Positions 1 through 10,277 of a stretch of 64,000 bases of DNA are shown here, one piece after another (within the stretch, counting starts at the first letter, position 1; each line of letters starts with the position of its first letter). The notes under the pieces were generated by a model, which did not search any database, was not told the origin of the DNA, and saw nothing but the letters and a program-made list of their open reading frames with translations. This DNA is from the human T2T-CHM13v2.0 reference genome, Homo sapiens. The translations under genes and the position numbers were made by a program. Location of the stretch: NCBI RefSeq assembly GCF_009914755.1, contig NC_060944.1; one strand, given 5' to 3'.

Positions 1-62
1 CTTTGATATCACAAACAGCCAGCCTATCAACCTTATTCTGATTCCGTGGTTCTGCTTATACT

Positions 63-288
63 CACTCGTGTGCGTGTGTATTAAGCCGTGTCACTTGTGT
101 GCGTGTTTATTAAGCCTTGTGTACACACTCGTGTGTGTGTATTAAGCCGTGTGTACACACTCGTGTGTGTGTGTTAAGCTGTGTGTACACACTCATGTGT
201 GCGCGTGTTTTTAAGCCGTGTGTACACACTCGTGTGTGTGTATTAAGCCGTGTGTACACACTCGTGTGTGTGTGTGTTAATCCGTGTG
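63..288. repeat. ~32-34 bp minisatellite (ATTAAGCCGTGTGTACACACTCGTGTGTGTGT), ~7 copies
   Basis: TTAAG/TTAAT recurs at ~81, 110, 142, 175, 211, 243, 277. Confidence 0.9.
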
Positions 289-289
289 A

Positions 290-600
290 TGTTTTATCTT
301 CTGTGCAGGTTCTTGTATTGACTGTGCTCGAATATCCATGTACGGGCTTTGTGTGAACAAGAGCTTATCTCTCTGGGTAAAATCACCAGGTTGTGTGGTA
401 GTTGCAGTGCCCCCATCCCTTTGTATATTTGTTAGAAGAGATTGCATAAATTGATGTTACTTAGAATTCACCAGTGAAGACATCTAGGCCCGGAGATTTC
501 TTTTTCAGAAGGTCTCACTGAAAAAAAAATCCGTTTCTTTAATAAATACAGGACTATTCACTTTATCTGTTGCTTCTTGGGTGAGTTTTGGTAGTTTGCA
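290..600 (-). mobile_element. Old L1 (L1M-type) fragments
   Basis: T-rich L1-antisense-like text (TTAGAATTCACCAGTGAAG-CATCT-GGCC, CTTGGGTGAGTTTTGGTAGTTTG). Confidence 0.55.
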
Positions 601-1141
601 AAAACTTTTCAGCTACAAGGATGAACTAATTTTATGGAAAAGGGAGGTTGACCCAGAGGATGGAACTGAGAGCTCAGACAGCAGGGCGGCCCTGGAGAGC
701 CATCCCCTGAGCTAGGACTGAGCCCTCAGCCGGGCCCCGTAACTTCACTCACCCAGATTTCAGGACCGCATGCCCGGGAGACTGCTGCGTGCCTCTCCCT
801 CCCTGCTCTTTGAAAGGGGAGCCGACGGTGTGGTCTGTCTGTCCCACTACCGGTGTTAGCTTGTCAGGGGCAGATAACTCTTCAGTTCACAGCTCTTCAG
901 ATGGAGAAGGGGGTGCACCTGGGAGCCGTACGCCTGCAGCACCTTGTCCACACCTGGACCTGGCTTGCGGGACAAGACTCTGGGCTTGAGTCAGAGTTTG
1001 ATGTCACCATGGAAAGAGACCATAGGGGAGCCAGGGCAGAAGGTGAATTTATTTTGCATGAGGGAGAATTGTGAATTGCCGGGGCCACAGAGTCGACTAT
1101 GGCAGATGGCACTTTCCCCAAATGCCCATGCATTTGGACAC

Positions 1142-1225
1142 ATGAGTGTGGAGACCACAGAGGGGACAGATGAGCGTGGTGACCGCTGAGGGGACAGATG
1201 AGCATGGAGACCACGGAGGGGACTG
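1142..1225. repeat. 28-bp tandem repeat x3
   Basis: ATGAGYRTGGWGACCRCNGAGGGGACAG repeated three times. Confidence 0.85.
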
Positions 1226-1346
1226 AGGCTCTCCACTCAGGGGGATAGTGGGACATTCCATGAGTCTGCAGAAATCTGGGGCACCTGCCAAAGTCCAGGC
1301 ATCATCCCATCAGATAGCAGCATGTGTGTGCATGTGACCATGTGAC

Positions 1347-1369
1347 CACACACACACACACACACACAC
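1347..1369. repeat. (CA)n microsatellite
   Basis: About 11 CA units. Confidence 0.9.
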
Positions 1370-1424
1370 AGTTGTCATGCAGTGTCCCGGTGAATGGGGG
1401 CTCCTAGCCCATCCTGAAGTGGGG

Positions 1425-1555
1425 GTCGAATCCTGGCTGTGCCACTTCCAAGTCGTCTGAACTTGTGTGGATCATGTCACCCCCGACTTAGTGTCCCCAT
1501 CTGTGAATGGGGCCCATACAGGGACCCCCATCATAGGGCATGGCGAGGGTTAACC
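1425..1555 (+). mobile_element. MIR fragment
   Basis: TCGAATCCTGGCTGTGCCACTT ... AGTGTCCCCATCTGTGAATGGG resembles the MIR core. Confidence 0.6.
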
Positions 1556-2190
1556 GCTGCACCTGTGCAGAGCTCTGGGGACACAGCTGGACACAGCATG
1601 AGGACGGCCAGCATCCTCGCCAGTCCAGGGCCACACAGTGGTCTCTTTCTGTGCTGAGCTGGAGGCTCGAGGCCGTGGATGGACCCTGAAGCTGCGCAGG
1701 CTGTGAGGGCGCCCTGGTGCTTCCTCTCAGTGTCAGCTCTTTGGGGAACACAAAAGATGAACCGTAGGGAGCGATTACTCAGAACCATAATTTGCACTTA
1801 GATTGATTTTAATCGGCAGCACATTAGAAAGGCGCATGTGATCACCATTTAATGACTGTGATGTGCGTAATCCATTTTATTCTCAGCTGGCTCCTGTGGT
1901 AATTACATTTCTCTTGTGTTTAATTCATAACTTGATCATTTATTCCAAGTCGTGTTGGGCTTGGACCTCGGGCTCTCGGGAGCGGCCGTGACGGAGCTCA
2001 GACCCAGCACTTCTCCTGCAGAGCCAGCCGCTCGCTGCTGGCCATGCCTGGAGGTGGCGAGGACGGGCTTTTCCATCACTGTCGGTGGGGGCACCTGCTC
2101 CAGGGGCAGCTCCATGGGCGCTTGGCGGGACGGAAGCTGCGGGAATAGTTGATGTTGAGGTTGACGGCGACAGTGAGGACTGCAAGAATA

Positions 2191-2521
2191 CAGTCACGTA
2201 CCCTGGAACAATGTTCAGGCCAGTGATGAACCTGTAATACCACAGGGTCCCGTACAATATGAGACCTATTGTTGGTGCACCTTTTCTAGGTTCAGGTGTG
2301 TTTAGAGACACAAATGCTCACTGTTGCGTTACAGTTGCCTCTCGTATTCAGCACGGCAACACACAGTGTGGGTTTGTAGCCTTGGAGCAACGGGCGACAC
2401 CATGTGGCCTCGGAGTGTCGTGGGCGACACCGTCTGGGTTTGTGTGAGTGCACTCTGCGGTGTTCGCAACCAAACACCGACTTTCTCAAAACTCTCTCCA
2501 TCAGTAAGTGATGCAACGCTG
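2191..2521 (+). mobile_element. Tigger3a/Golem-type (MER7A) non-autonomous TcMar DNA transposon
   Basis: Begins TA|CAGTCA. Internal ACCTTTTCTA..TTTAGA.ACACAAAT, GTATTCAG, GGTTTGTAGCCT.GGAGCAA, GGTTTGTGT.AGT.CACTCT, TTTCTCA.AAC and TAAG.GA.GCA..CTG match the recalled consensus. Confidence 0.8.
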
Positions 2522-2530
2522 CACCGGATG

Positions 2531-2897
2531 CAAGATCACGTGACCACACGCTCCCCACACATGCAAAGATCTCACGTGACCATGCGCTTCCCACACACGC
2601 TCACGCAACGATCTCACGTGACCACGCGCTTCCCACACACGCTCACGCAACGATCTCACGTGACCACGCGCTTCCCACACACGCTCACGCAACGATCTCA
2701 CGTGACCACGCGCTTCCCACACACGCTCACGCAACGATCTCACGTGACCACGCGCTTCCCACACACGCTCACGCAACGATCTCACGTGACCACGCGCTTC
2801 CCACACACGCTCACGCAAAGATCTCACGTGACCACGCGCTTCCCACACACGCTCACGCAAAGATCTCACGTGACCACGCGCTTCCCACACACACTCA
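2531..2897. repeat. 42-bp CpG-rich VNTR (GATCTCACGTGACCACGCGCTTCCCACACACGCTCACGCAAC), ~8.5 copies
   Basis: TCACGTGA at 2536, 2572, 2614, 2656, 2698, 2740, 2782, 2824, 2866. Units are nearly identical. Confidence 0.97.
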
Positions 2898-2949
2898 TCC
2901 CCCAACAGCAGTGGGAGGTCCAGGGGCGTGTGGCAGCCCCAGGGGTCCT

Positions 2950-3140
2950 GGGTGTTCTACTTAACCTTTCTGTGCCTCAGTTTCTCCCCTCTGAAATGGG
3001 GCTGATACCACAGTCTCAGTTTCACTGGGGTGATGAGCTGGGGTGCCTGGATTATAGGAAGTGCAGTACATGTGTTTGTTAAATCACTAAAACCATCAGC
3101 ACCTTTGCCTGACAGGTGAGGAAACCGAGGCACAAGGAGC
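2950..3140. mobile_element. MIR fragments in both orientations
   Basis: TTAACCTTTCTGTGCCTCAGTTTCTCCCCTCTGAAATGGGG and ACAGGTGAGGAAACCGAGGCACA. Confidence 0.65.
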
Positions 3141-4175
3141 TGATTGGCCCGTGATGGCCTCAGAGCTCATCAGCCAACCCCCACCAGGCTACGCTGCCTC
3201 TTCTGGGAGCCTCCGGTCTCCCCAGAACATCTATCCACTGGGGTTAGATTTGTCCAATGCCCCCACCACAATCACAGGGGAGACTGCTTGTCAGCACAGG
3301 GCCGGCCACCCTGGCACCAGTTCAGTCCCTAGGGAGGGTCTTTCCCTGGCATCCCAGGGACTGGGCTGTCATTTAAGTTTAGGCCACTGACACGAGCTCA
3401 TTCATCCCCCCACTCCCTCCCTCAAGTTTCCTGAGTGTGCAAGCAAACCCCCCCACTGCCCTGGACACACTCATTCCCGCCAGGGCGATCAGGGGTCCCC
3501 ATAACTCATCAGGGCAGCCCCCACCCCAGCAATCCCCACACCTGGAAGTCGCTCATTAAGACCTCATTAGCCCGTGCTCCACCTCCCACCCCATGGCCGT
3601 GGTGAGTTTAGTCTGCAGCAACGACCCGACCACACCAGCTGGGCAACGAGAGCTGCGAGAATGGCAGCACTGTCTACTCTCCACTTTCCCCAGAAAGGCC
3701 CGGCCAAAGCATGCACAGGCAGCCACGCCAGGGGCTCCTGCAGCACCTCAGAGAGACCAGTAATGGGGCGGATTAGCAGGGGCCAAGGGTCTGGGGTGAG
3801 GCCACAGTGCATGGAGTGCATGGAGGTTGGGGCACGTGTGACCAGCCAGGGTCATAAAACACACACGGTCAGAGCAGGGCACTCAGCTGCCGAGGAGGGG
3901 GGTGGTGGGGAGGCACGGGCAGGCCTTGGGTGCAGTGAAGCAGGCGGGCAGGGGAGGGTGGCAGCGGGGTGTGGGGGCAGGAGGAGGGGGGTGGTGGGGA
4001 GTGGGGGCTGGGTCGGGGCTGGGCCCTGGCTGCCCTGGCTGCCCCCCGACACCTTCCCCAGCTGGTCGGTGCCCAAGGGTGGGTTCGTGGGGCAACTGCA
4101 CCCGCTCCCTTCCACTCTGCTGTGGCCTGACCAAGCGGGCTGTTTTCTTGCTTTGTTTGTTGTTTTTTTCTTAAG

Positions 4176-4525
4176 GAAGAAGAGAATGAATTTAGAAGGC
4201 TGTAAACCCCATCTGAGCCTTACACATAGATCTCCTTGAATTGGATTTTCACCAAGGCCGTGATGGATGTGGAGTCTCGGCTTTCTGACAACGTCTTCCA
4301 GAGCAGGCTTTCTCTAGAGGGTGGACTGCCTGTGTTCTCCTGGGAGAGAATGCATTTGCTTCCGATGCCCAGGGCACGAAAGAGGTGGACGAAACAACGG
4401 AAGTGGAGGGGGTGGATTCTCTACCTGGGAAACCCAGCATGGCACACTCATATAGAATTAAGATCTTATAATAAGTGTGCAGATGCGCCCGTTCTAAGGA
4501 AATAAAGGGTTCTGCCCTCCTAAGA
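4176..4525 (+). other. Probable terminal exon of an upstream + strand gene (likely a distal SLCO4A1 isoform)
   Basis: Long T-rich polypyrimidine tract 4141-4172 ending TTAAG|G, a purine-rich exon start (GAAGAAGAG), and AATAAA at 4501-4506. Assignment to SLCO4A1 rests on recalled gene order only. Confidence 0.55.
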
Positions 4526-5559
4526 ATTCTGCCCTTGCAAGGGGTGTGAAACCTGCAGAGCTGCTTCCCGGCTTCTTCCTCCAGGAAGCCCTCCGTCCTC
4601 CTCCAAGCTGTAGACACAGGGCTGGTAAACAGGTAGCCAGGCGCCCCCACAGCCTCGGTGTGGATCCATGGCTGAGCAAGTCCTCCCTGGCCACTCCCAT
4701 CTCTGATGACAGAACATACCATGATGAGAGCCGCTGAATTAGCAAGACAGTGTGGGGAAGGTACCCTCCGGGGACTGGGGGGCTTCTGGACTCCGAGAGC
4801 CCCTGCGTCCATTCCTGTTTATCGCGGCCACTTCCCATCTGGGCAGGGCAATCTCTGTACCTGGGGAGTGCAGCCGCCCATGGAGACGGCTCAGAATAAT
4901 GAGCTGAGTGTCTCCGTGTAGCTCCCGCCCCAGTGCGGAGCTCCTGGTACAGGATGGCAGGTGGTGTCTAAATAGCTATTCATAAGGACATTATCTCCAA
5001 GCACCGGGTGGAAACGAGCCTTCCTCCCCCCAGCTGAGAAGTGACAGGCACTTCCCTGTTTACTGAGGACAACAGTCAACCGCAGAGCGGCGTGGAGCTC
5101 GCAGTTCTTCTCATGTCACAGTTGTGACTGAGTGTCATGTCCTAAAGCTTCAGGATGAATGCAACTCCGCTCCACCAAGGGCCGGGGACAGAGTGAGAAG
5201 ACACTGGCGCCAGGAGCGGGGAAGAGGGGAGGGGCCGGCAGCTGCCTAAAGAGCAGGCCCTCCTGCTGTTTCTGAGCCCCCGAGGGCCCTCTGACCCCAG
5301 ACACCTTCCCTGCTAGCTGAACACCATTCCAGAGTCAGATCTTGGTTTTGTTTTCTTTCTTTTAAAAATATTTTATTATAAGGTGAAAAGAAAAGGAGAG
5401 TACACTAAGTCTTAGCCGTGGTTGGCCCTTTAGTCTGAATTAGTATATCAGCTATTTTACCAAGGGCAGGTTTGGACGGTGCAGAGACAGGAAGAGAGTA
5501 TCAGAGTGCCCAGCACCACAGAGAAGGGGTGGCTGGCCAGGGCGCCCATTGCAGGCAGA

Positions 5560-5953
5560 TGAAAAGGGTGCCCCCGAACAGGCACGATGGGTAGGGCACC
5601 CCCAAACAGGAGCAATGGGAAGGGCACCCCCAAACAGGAGCAATGGGAAAGGCACCCCCAAACAGGAGCAATGGGAAAGGGCACCCCCAAACAGGCACAA
5701 TGGGAACGGCACCCCCAAACAGGCACGATGGGAAGGGCACCCCCAAACAGGCACAATGGGAAGGGCACCCCCAAACAGGAGCAATGGGAAAGGGCACCCC
5801 CAAACAGGCACGATGGGAAGGGCACCCCCAAACAGGAGCAATGGGAAAGGGCACCCCCAAACAGGCACGATGGGTGGGGCACCCCCAAACAGGAGCGATG
5901 GAAAGGGCGCCCCCAAACAGGAGCGATGGAAAGGGCACCCCCAAACAGGAGCG
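5560..5953. repeat. ~28-29 bp VNTR (GGGCACCCCCAAACAGGAGCAATGGGAA), 14 copies
   Basis: CCCC(C)AAACAGG core counted 14 times (the first reads GAACAGG), with interspersed variants GGAGCAATG, GGCACGATG, GGCACAATG and GGAGCGATG. Confidence 0.95.
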
Positions 5954-6713
5954 GGGGCCTCTGAAGGCAAGTGGCAGCAGCTTCCTAATCCTGGCCCCAC
6001 GTTGTTCCAAAGGTCCATGAAGTTGACCAAACGCCACACAGCCACGGGAGACACAGTGGCCACCCTGGGGCGTCTACACTGAAGGCCAAGGGCATGTGGA
6101 GGAAGAGCCATCTGAGCCGAGGCCCGGGGAGGAGCCAGCAGGCCAAGGAGGCGGAAGAAACCACGCAGTGGCGTCCAGGGCAGGGCAGGTGCGTCATCCG
6201 GGCGGGATGCAGAGACAAGTCCTTCCACCAACCATCTGAGGAGCACTTGGCACCCACACAATGAGCCCGGCAAGGGCCACGCCAGGAGGCAGCGCACGGG
6301 GCAGAGCCTCTGAGCCAGAGAGGGGGAGGTCCCTTGGGAGGCCCCTGCCATCCCCCGCTCTGGGTGGGCCTCTCCAGCCAGACTCTGCGCCCCAAGGGCA
6401 GGGCTGGGCCTAAGCCACACCTCGGGGTGCACGGGCTGTGGGGGGCCGCTCCTGGACACGGAAGGACGACACCGGCTTCCCTGTACCTCTGCTGGGGCCG
6501 CGGGTCCCATGTCGTCAGCGTGGCCACTAGGCTGCCAGCCTAGCACAGCCTCCAGGGCAGCCATGGCCCAACCTGCCTTCCGAGCCTCAGGGGTATCCCT
6601 GAGCACATGGGAGTGCAGGAAAAGGTACCCCAGGGGATCCCCACTCACCTCCCGGCCATGTCCTACCAGGCACTAGTGCCGCGCTGCAGCCACCCCCGGG
6701 CCTTACCCACCCC

Positions 6714-6842
6714 CACCAGCTTCATTGCCTTCCAGGTCCCAGCACCACCAGTTTCATTGCTTTCCAGGTCCCAGCACCACCAGCTTCATTGCTTTCCAGG
6801 TCCCAGCACCACCAACTTCATTGCCTTCCAGGCTCTCAGCAG
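6714..6842. repeat. 32-bp tandem repeat x4
   Basis: TTCATTGC at 6721, 6753, 6785, 6817. Confidence 0.9.
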
Positions 6843-7883
6843 CATAAGAGACCTACACACACACACACGTGCACACATACATAGAAGGGGCTGACTCACA
6901 CGCCACCCCATATGCAAGCCGCAGAAGCTGGGCGTCCACTGAGCAGCAGAGATAGCCCATCCCAGAGGGCAAGGAGGATCCCTGGGGTCCCTACGAGGAC
7001 ACCTCGCTCAGGTCCTGCCCGCGGCCCCCCACGAGGCCTCTTTGGGAGGGAGGCTGCCCCCTACACCACTCAGTGCTAGGACTTACCCATGCACCCCCCA
7101 GCCCTGTGCAACCCTGCCCGTGCACCAATGACCCCACTCACCCCTGACCCTGCTCACCCCAACCCCACTCACCTGTAGCCCCACCAGGTTCTTAAGCAAA
7201 AGCTCAGTCTGTGTGCACACAGCAAACACAATTCTGCCTATATTTTCTCGGGGTTTGGGGCTCACATTGGACACTGGAGGCTCTCTTGAGTGAGTAAGAG
7301 CAGCAGCTCAGGCTTTTGAAGGCAAAATGGAATGGACGCAGGGCCCAGGAGACACCAACTGGGTGAGAGCAGGGCTCCAGAGCCAGCAGATGGCTGGGGT
7401 GGGGGATGCATGCCCCCTGCCACCCACTCCAGCAAACCCGGTCCCCTGACTTGGGTTGTGTCCAGCAATGGCTTTCTGGGCTTGAAGGCAGAGCTGCCAG
7501 GAGGAAGGAGTCCCTCTGCAATGTCAGAAGCACCAAACACAGGGGAGACCTAACTTTCAGGGCCTGGGGGAAGCTGGGGTGGCCAGGCTGGTGGGAAGGA
7601 GACATTAACATTTTCCGAGAAGCCCTTTAATTCTTCCCAATAAACCGAACGAGTACAAGCCTCAGCATGGAAGCACAGCTTTCTAGAAGCTGGAAAATCA
7701 GGCTCATCACAAAAGCTCGAGCACAGTTAATTTCCTCTGACATTTCCTCCTGTGGTTAGTCTTGGAGCCAGCAGGTGGCCGGAGGCGCCCCATTCTTTCC
7801 CATAAATGGACGGTCTCTAAGGAATCAAGTCAGGCCCTCATCTCCAAACCCTCATCCCATTTTTCCCTGGCCTGCACGTGGCC

Positions 7884-8077
7884 AGCTGTGCCCCGCGCCT
7901 CGTAGGCCTGTCCCTGGCTGTGCCCCGCGCCTCATAGGCTTGTCCCTGGCTGTGCCCCGTGCCTCGCAGGCCTGTCCCTGGCCGGCTGTGTCCCGTTCCT
8001 CGCAGGCCTGTCCCCGGCTGTGCCCCGTGCCTCGCAGGCCTGTCCCCGGCTGTGCCCCGTGCCTCGCAGGCCTGTCT
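7884..8077. repeat. ~32-bp GC-rich VNTR (CTGTGCCCCGTGCCTCGCAGGCCTGTCCCCGG), ~6 copies
   Basis: Direct periodicity visible in the sequence. Confidence 0.92.
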
Positions 8078-9947
8078 CTTGGGCAGAGTGGCTCCCTCTC
8101 TCCATCAGTCCTTCCTCCATCACACCGGTGCTCGTGCAGAAGCCAGGGCTCGCAGACATCACCCTAGGCACTGAGGATACCAGCTGCCCGAACGGACAGA
8201 CGGACAGATGCTCAGCCTCCTCAGGTGCTGGCCCATGGCCTCCCAGGCTGGATGAGCAGCAGGTCCCTACGGGGGACGTGGCAGAGGGGACCCCAGCCCC
8301 AGCAGGGCCCAGCGAGCCGGGTGCCCAGCACAGCACTCACCTGAGCAGCTGTCTCCACCCCGCATTGAGCCCCTCCTGGGGACCGCCCCTTTCCAAAGAC
8401 GCCCTGGTCATCTTAGACCCCCAGACCCTCCGGAAGGCGACCGCCATGCCTTAATAACTTGCGGGGGCTCAGGCAGAGCTGTAGGGATCCTGCCAAGCTG
8501 CCCGATTCCTTGTGTTCCTGGCAGGGGGATCCACATCATCCTCACCCCACTCCATGTGTGGGACGGGGCACCCAGGAATGTCTGGGGCCGAGGAAGGGGG
8601 TGGACCTGAGGGAACCCCTACCTGCAGAAATAATCATGAAAGGGGTGGAGCAGATGCGGGGGACCCGCGTCCCCACCCTCACCCCCAGGGGCTGAGTCGA
8701 CGCCTGCAGCCAGCGCCTGCACTCCTGTTCACATGGGCTTCCCTGGCCTCTGTGCCTGCTTTGCGCCTGCGCGGCAGGTGAACGACCCCAGCCCCCTTGC
8801 CTGGCGAGTGGGCCTGTCTGCCGTGGATTCCCCAGCTGCATGGTGCCTCGGGTGCCCGCGATGGTCCTGGCCCCCTCCCTCGCATCGGCCACCTCTCTGC
8901 TCCAGCGGTGCTTCCTGTGTGTCCTCCCAGTAAACCTCCTGCCCCTGACCCCAGTCTCCCCTCTGTCTCAGGGGCCCACAGGGAGACAGACAACCTCTGG
9001 GTGTCCGACGTCTCATCAAGTCCTTTGATACTCCAGGGGAGTGGGGTTGACAGTTTTCCATGGGAGGACGGAGCTCAACAGAGGGTGTCACCTGCACAAG
9101 GTCACCATAGGCTCTGACCCCGCAGCCAAGGAAGGCTCTGCAGGAGCCCCGGGAATCCCAGCCACAGAACAGGAGGGAGCTGCATGCTCTCACTCCACGC
9201 CCGCCCTCCACCGAGCCGCAGGCCAGAGCCCTGGCTGTGCTATTACTCACTATTATCTCAGATTTACCATTCATTTTACCAGGAGAGAAACTGCAAAAGG
9301 AAATTAACATTTCCATACTCTGCAGCGAGATACTTTCATGGACGCATTCTGAGATTTATTCTTTAATAATGGAAAGGAAACACCCTACTGGCTTCCAATT
9401 CGGGGCCTGACAGTTCATCCTATTCCAGGCAGAGAACCGCAATTCAATAAACGCGCTTTCATTTGTTTTGTTTTATTGACTTTGTTGTGTTAACTTGGTT
9501 GTGGGAAATGTCGAACATGGTAAACGGAATGAGGTTGGATCATGAACCCGCCCTCCCGGGCCTGCCGTCACAGCTTCCACTGTCAGCCCCCACATCTCAC
9601 CCACCTGCCCGCGCACAGTCTTCCCCAAATTATAGTTCTAATATTATGTGGCAAAGTCAAGAATTCCCCAGTGATCCGTTGGCCGATTGACAGTGGAGAG
9701 GAGTGGTCTCAGGGGGCTGCCCTCGGCGCTTCTGTTAAAGGAGAAGCTCCCCAGCTCTGGGATGGCCCCTGGGGGTCTCCAGTACACCCCGCCGGGAATG
9801 ACAGAGTCCCCAGGACTTCAGCGCAGCCTCTGCAGACCCCAGGCCGGGGAAGGAACCGAATACAGGGCTGTTCAGGAGCATTCAGAGTAGAAACCAGCTG
9901 GACCACAGCCCCGGAATGTTTTAAAAGAAGTAATACTAAGGTCCTAG

Positions 9948-10277
<330 letters not shown>

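Noticed and set aside
2324-3082. 252-aa ORF with TQRSHVTTRFPHTL repeats
   Set aside because: It is a translation of Tigger3a, the 42-bp VNTR (a multiple of 3 with no stops) and a MIR.
5452-6648. 398-aa minus-strand ORF and companion ORFs in other frames
   Set aside because: It has a GTG start, about a third is stop-free VNTR, and the remainder is GC-rich with no homology cues.
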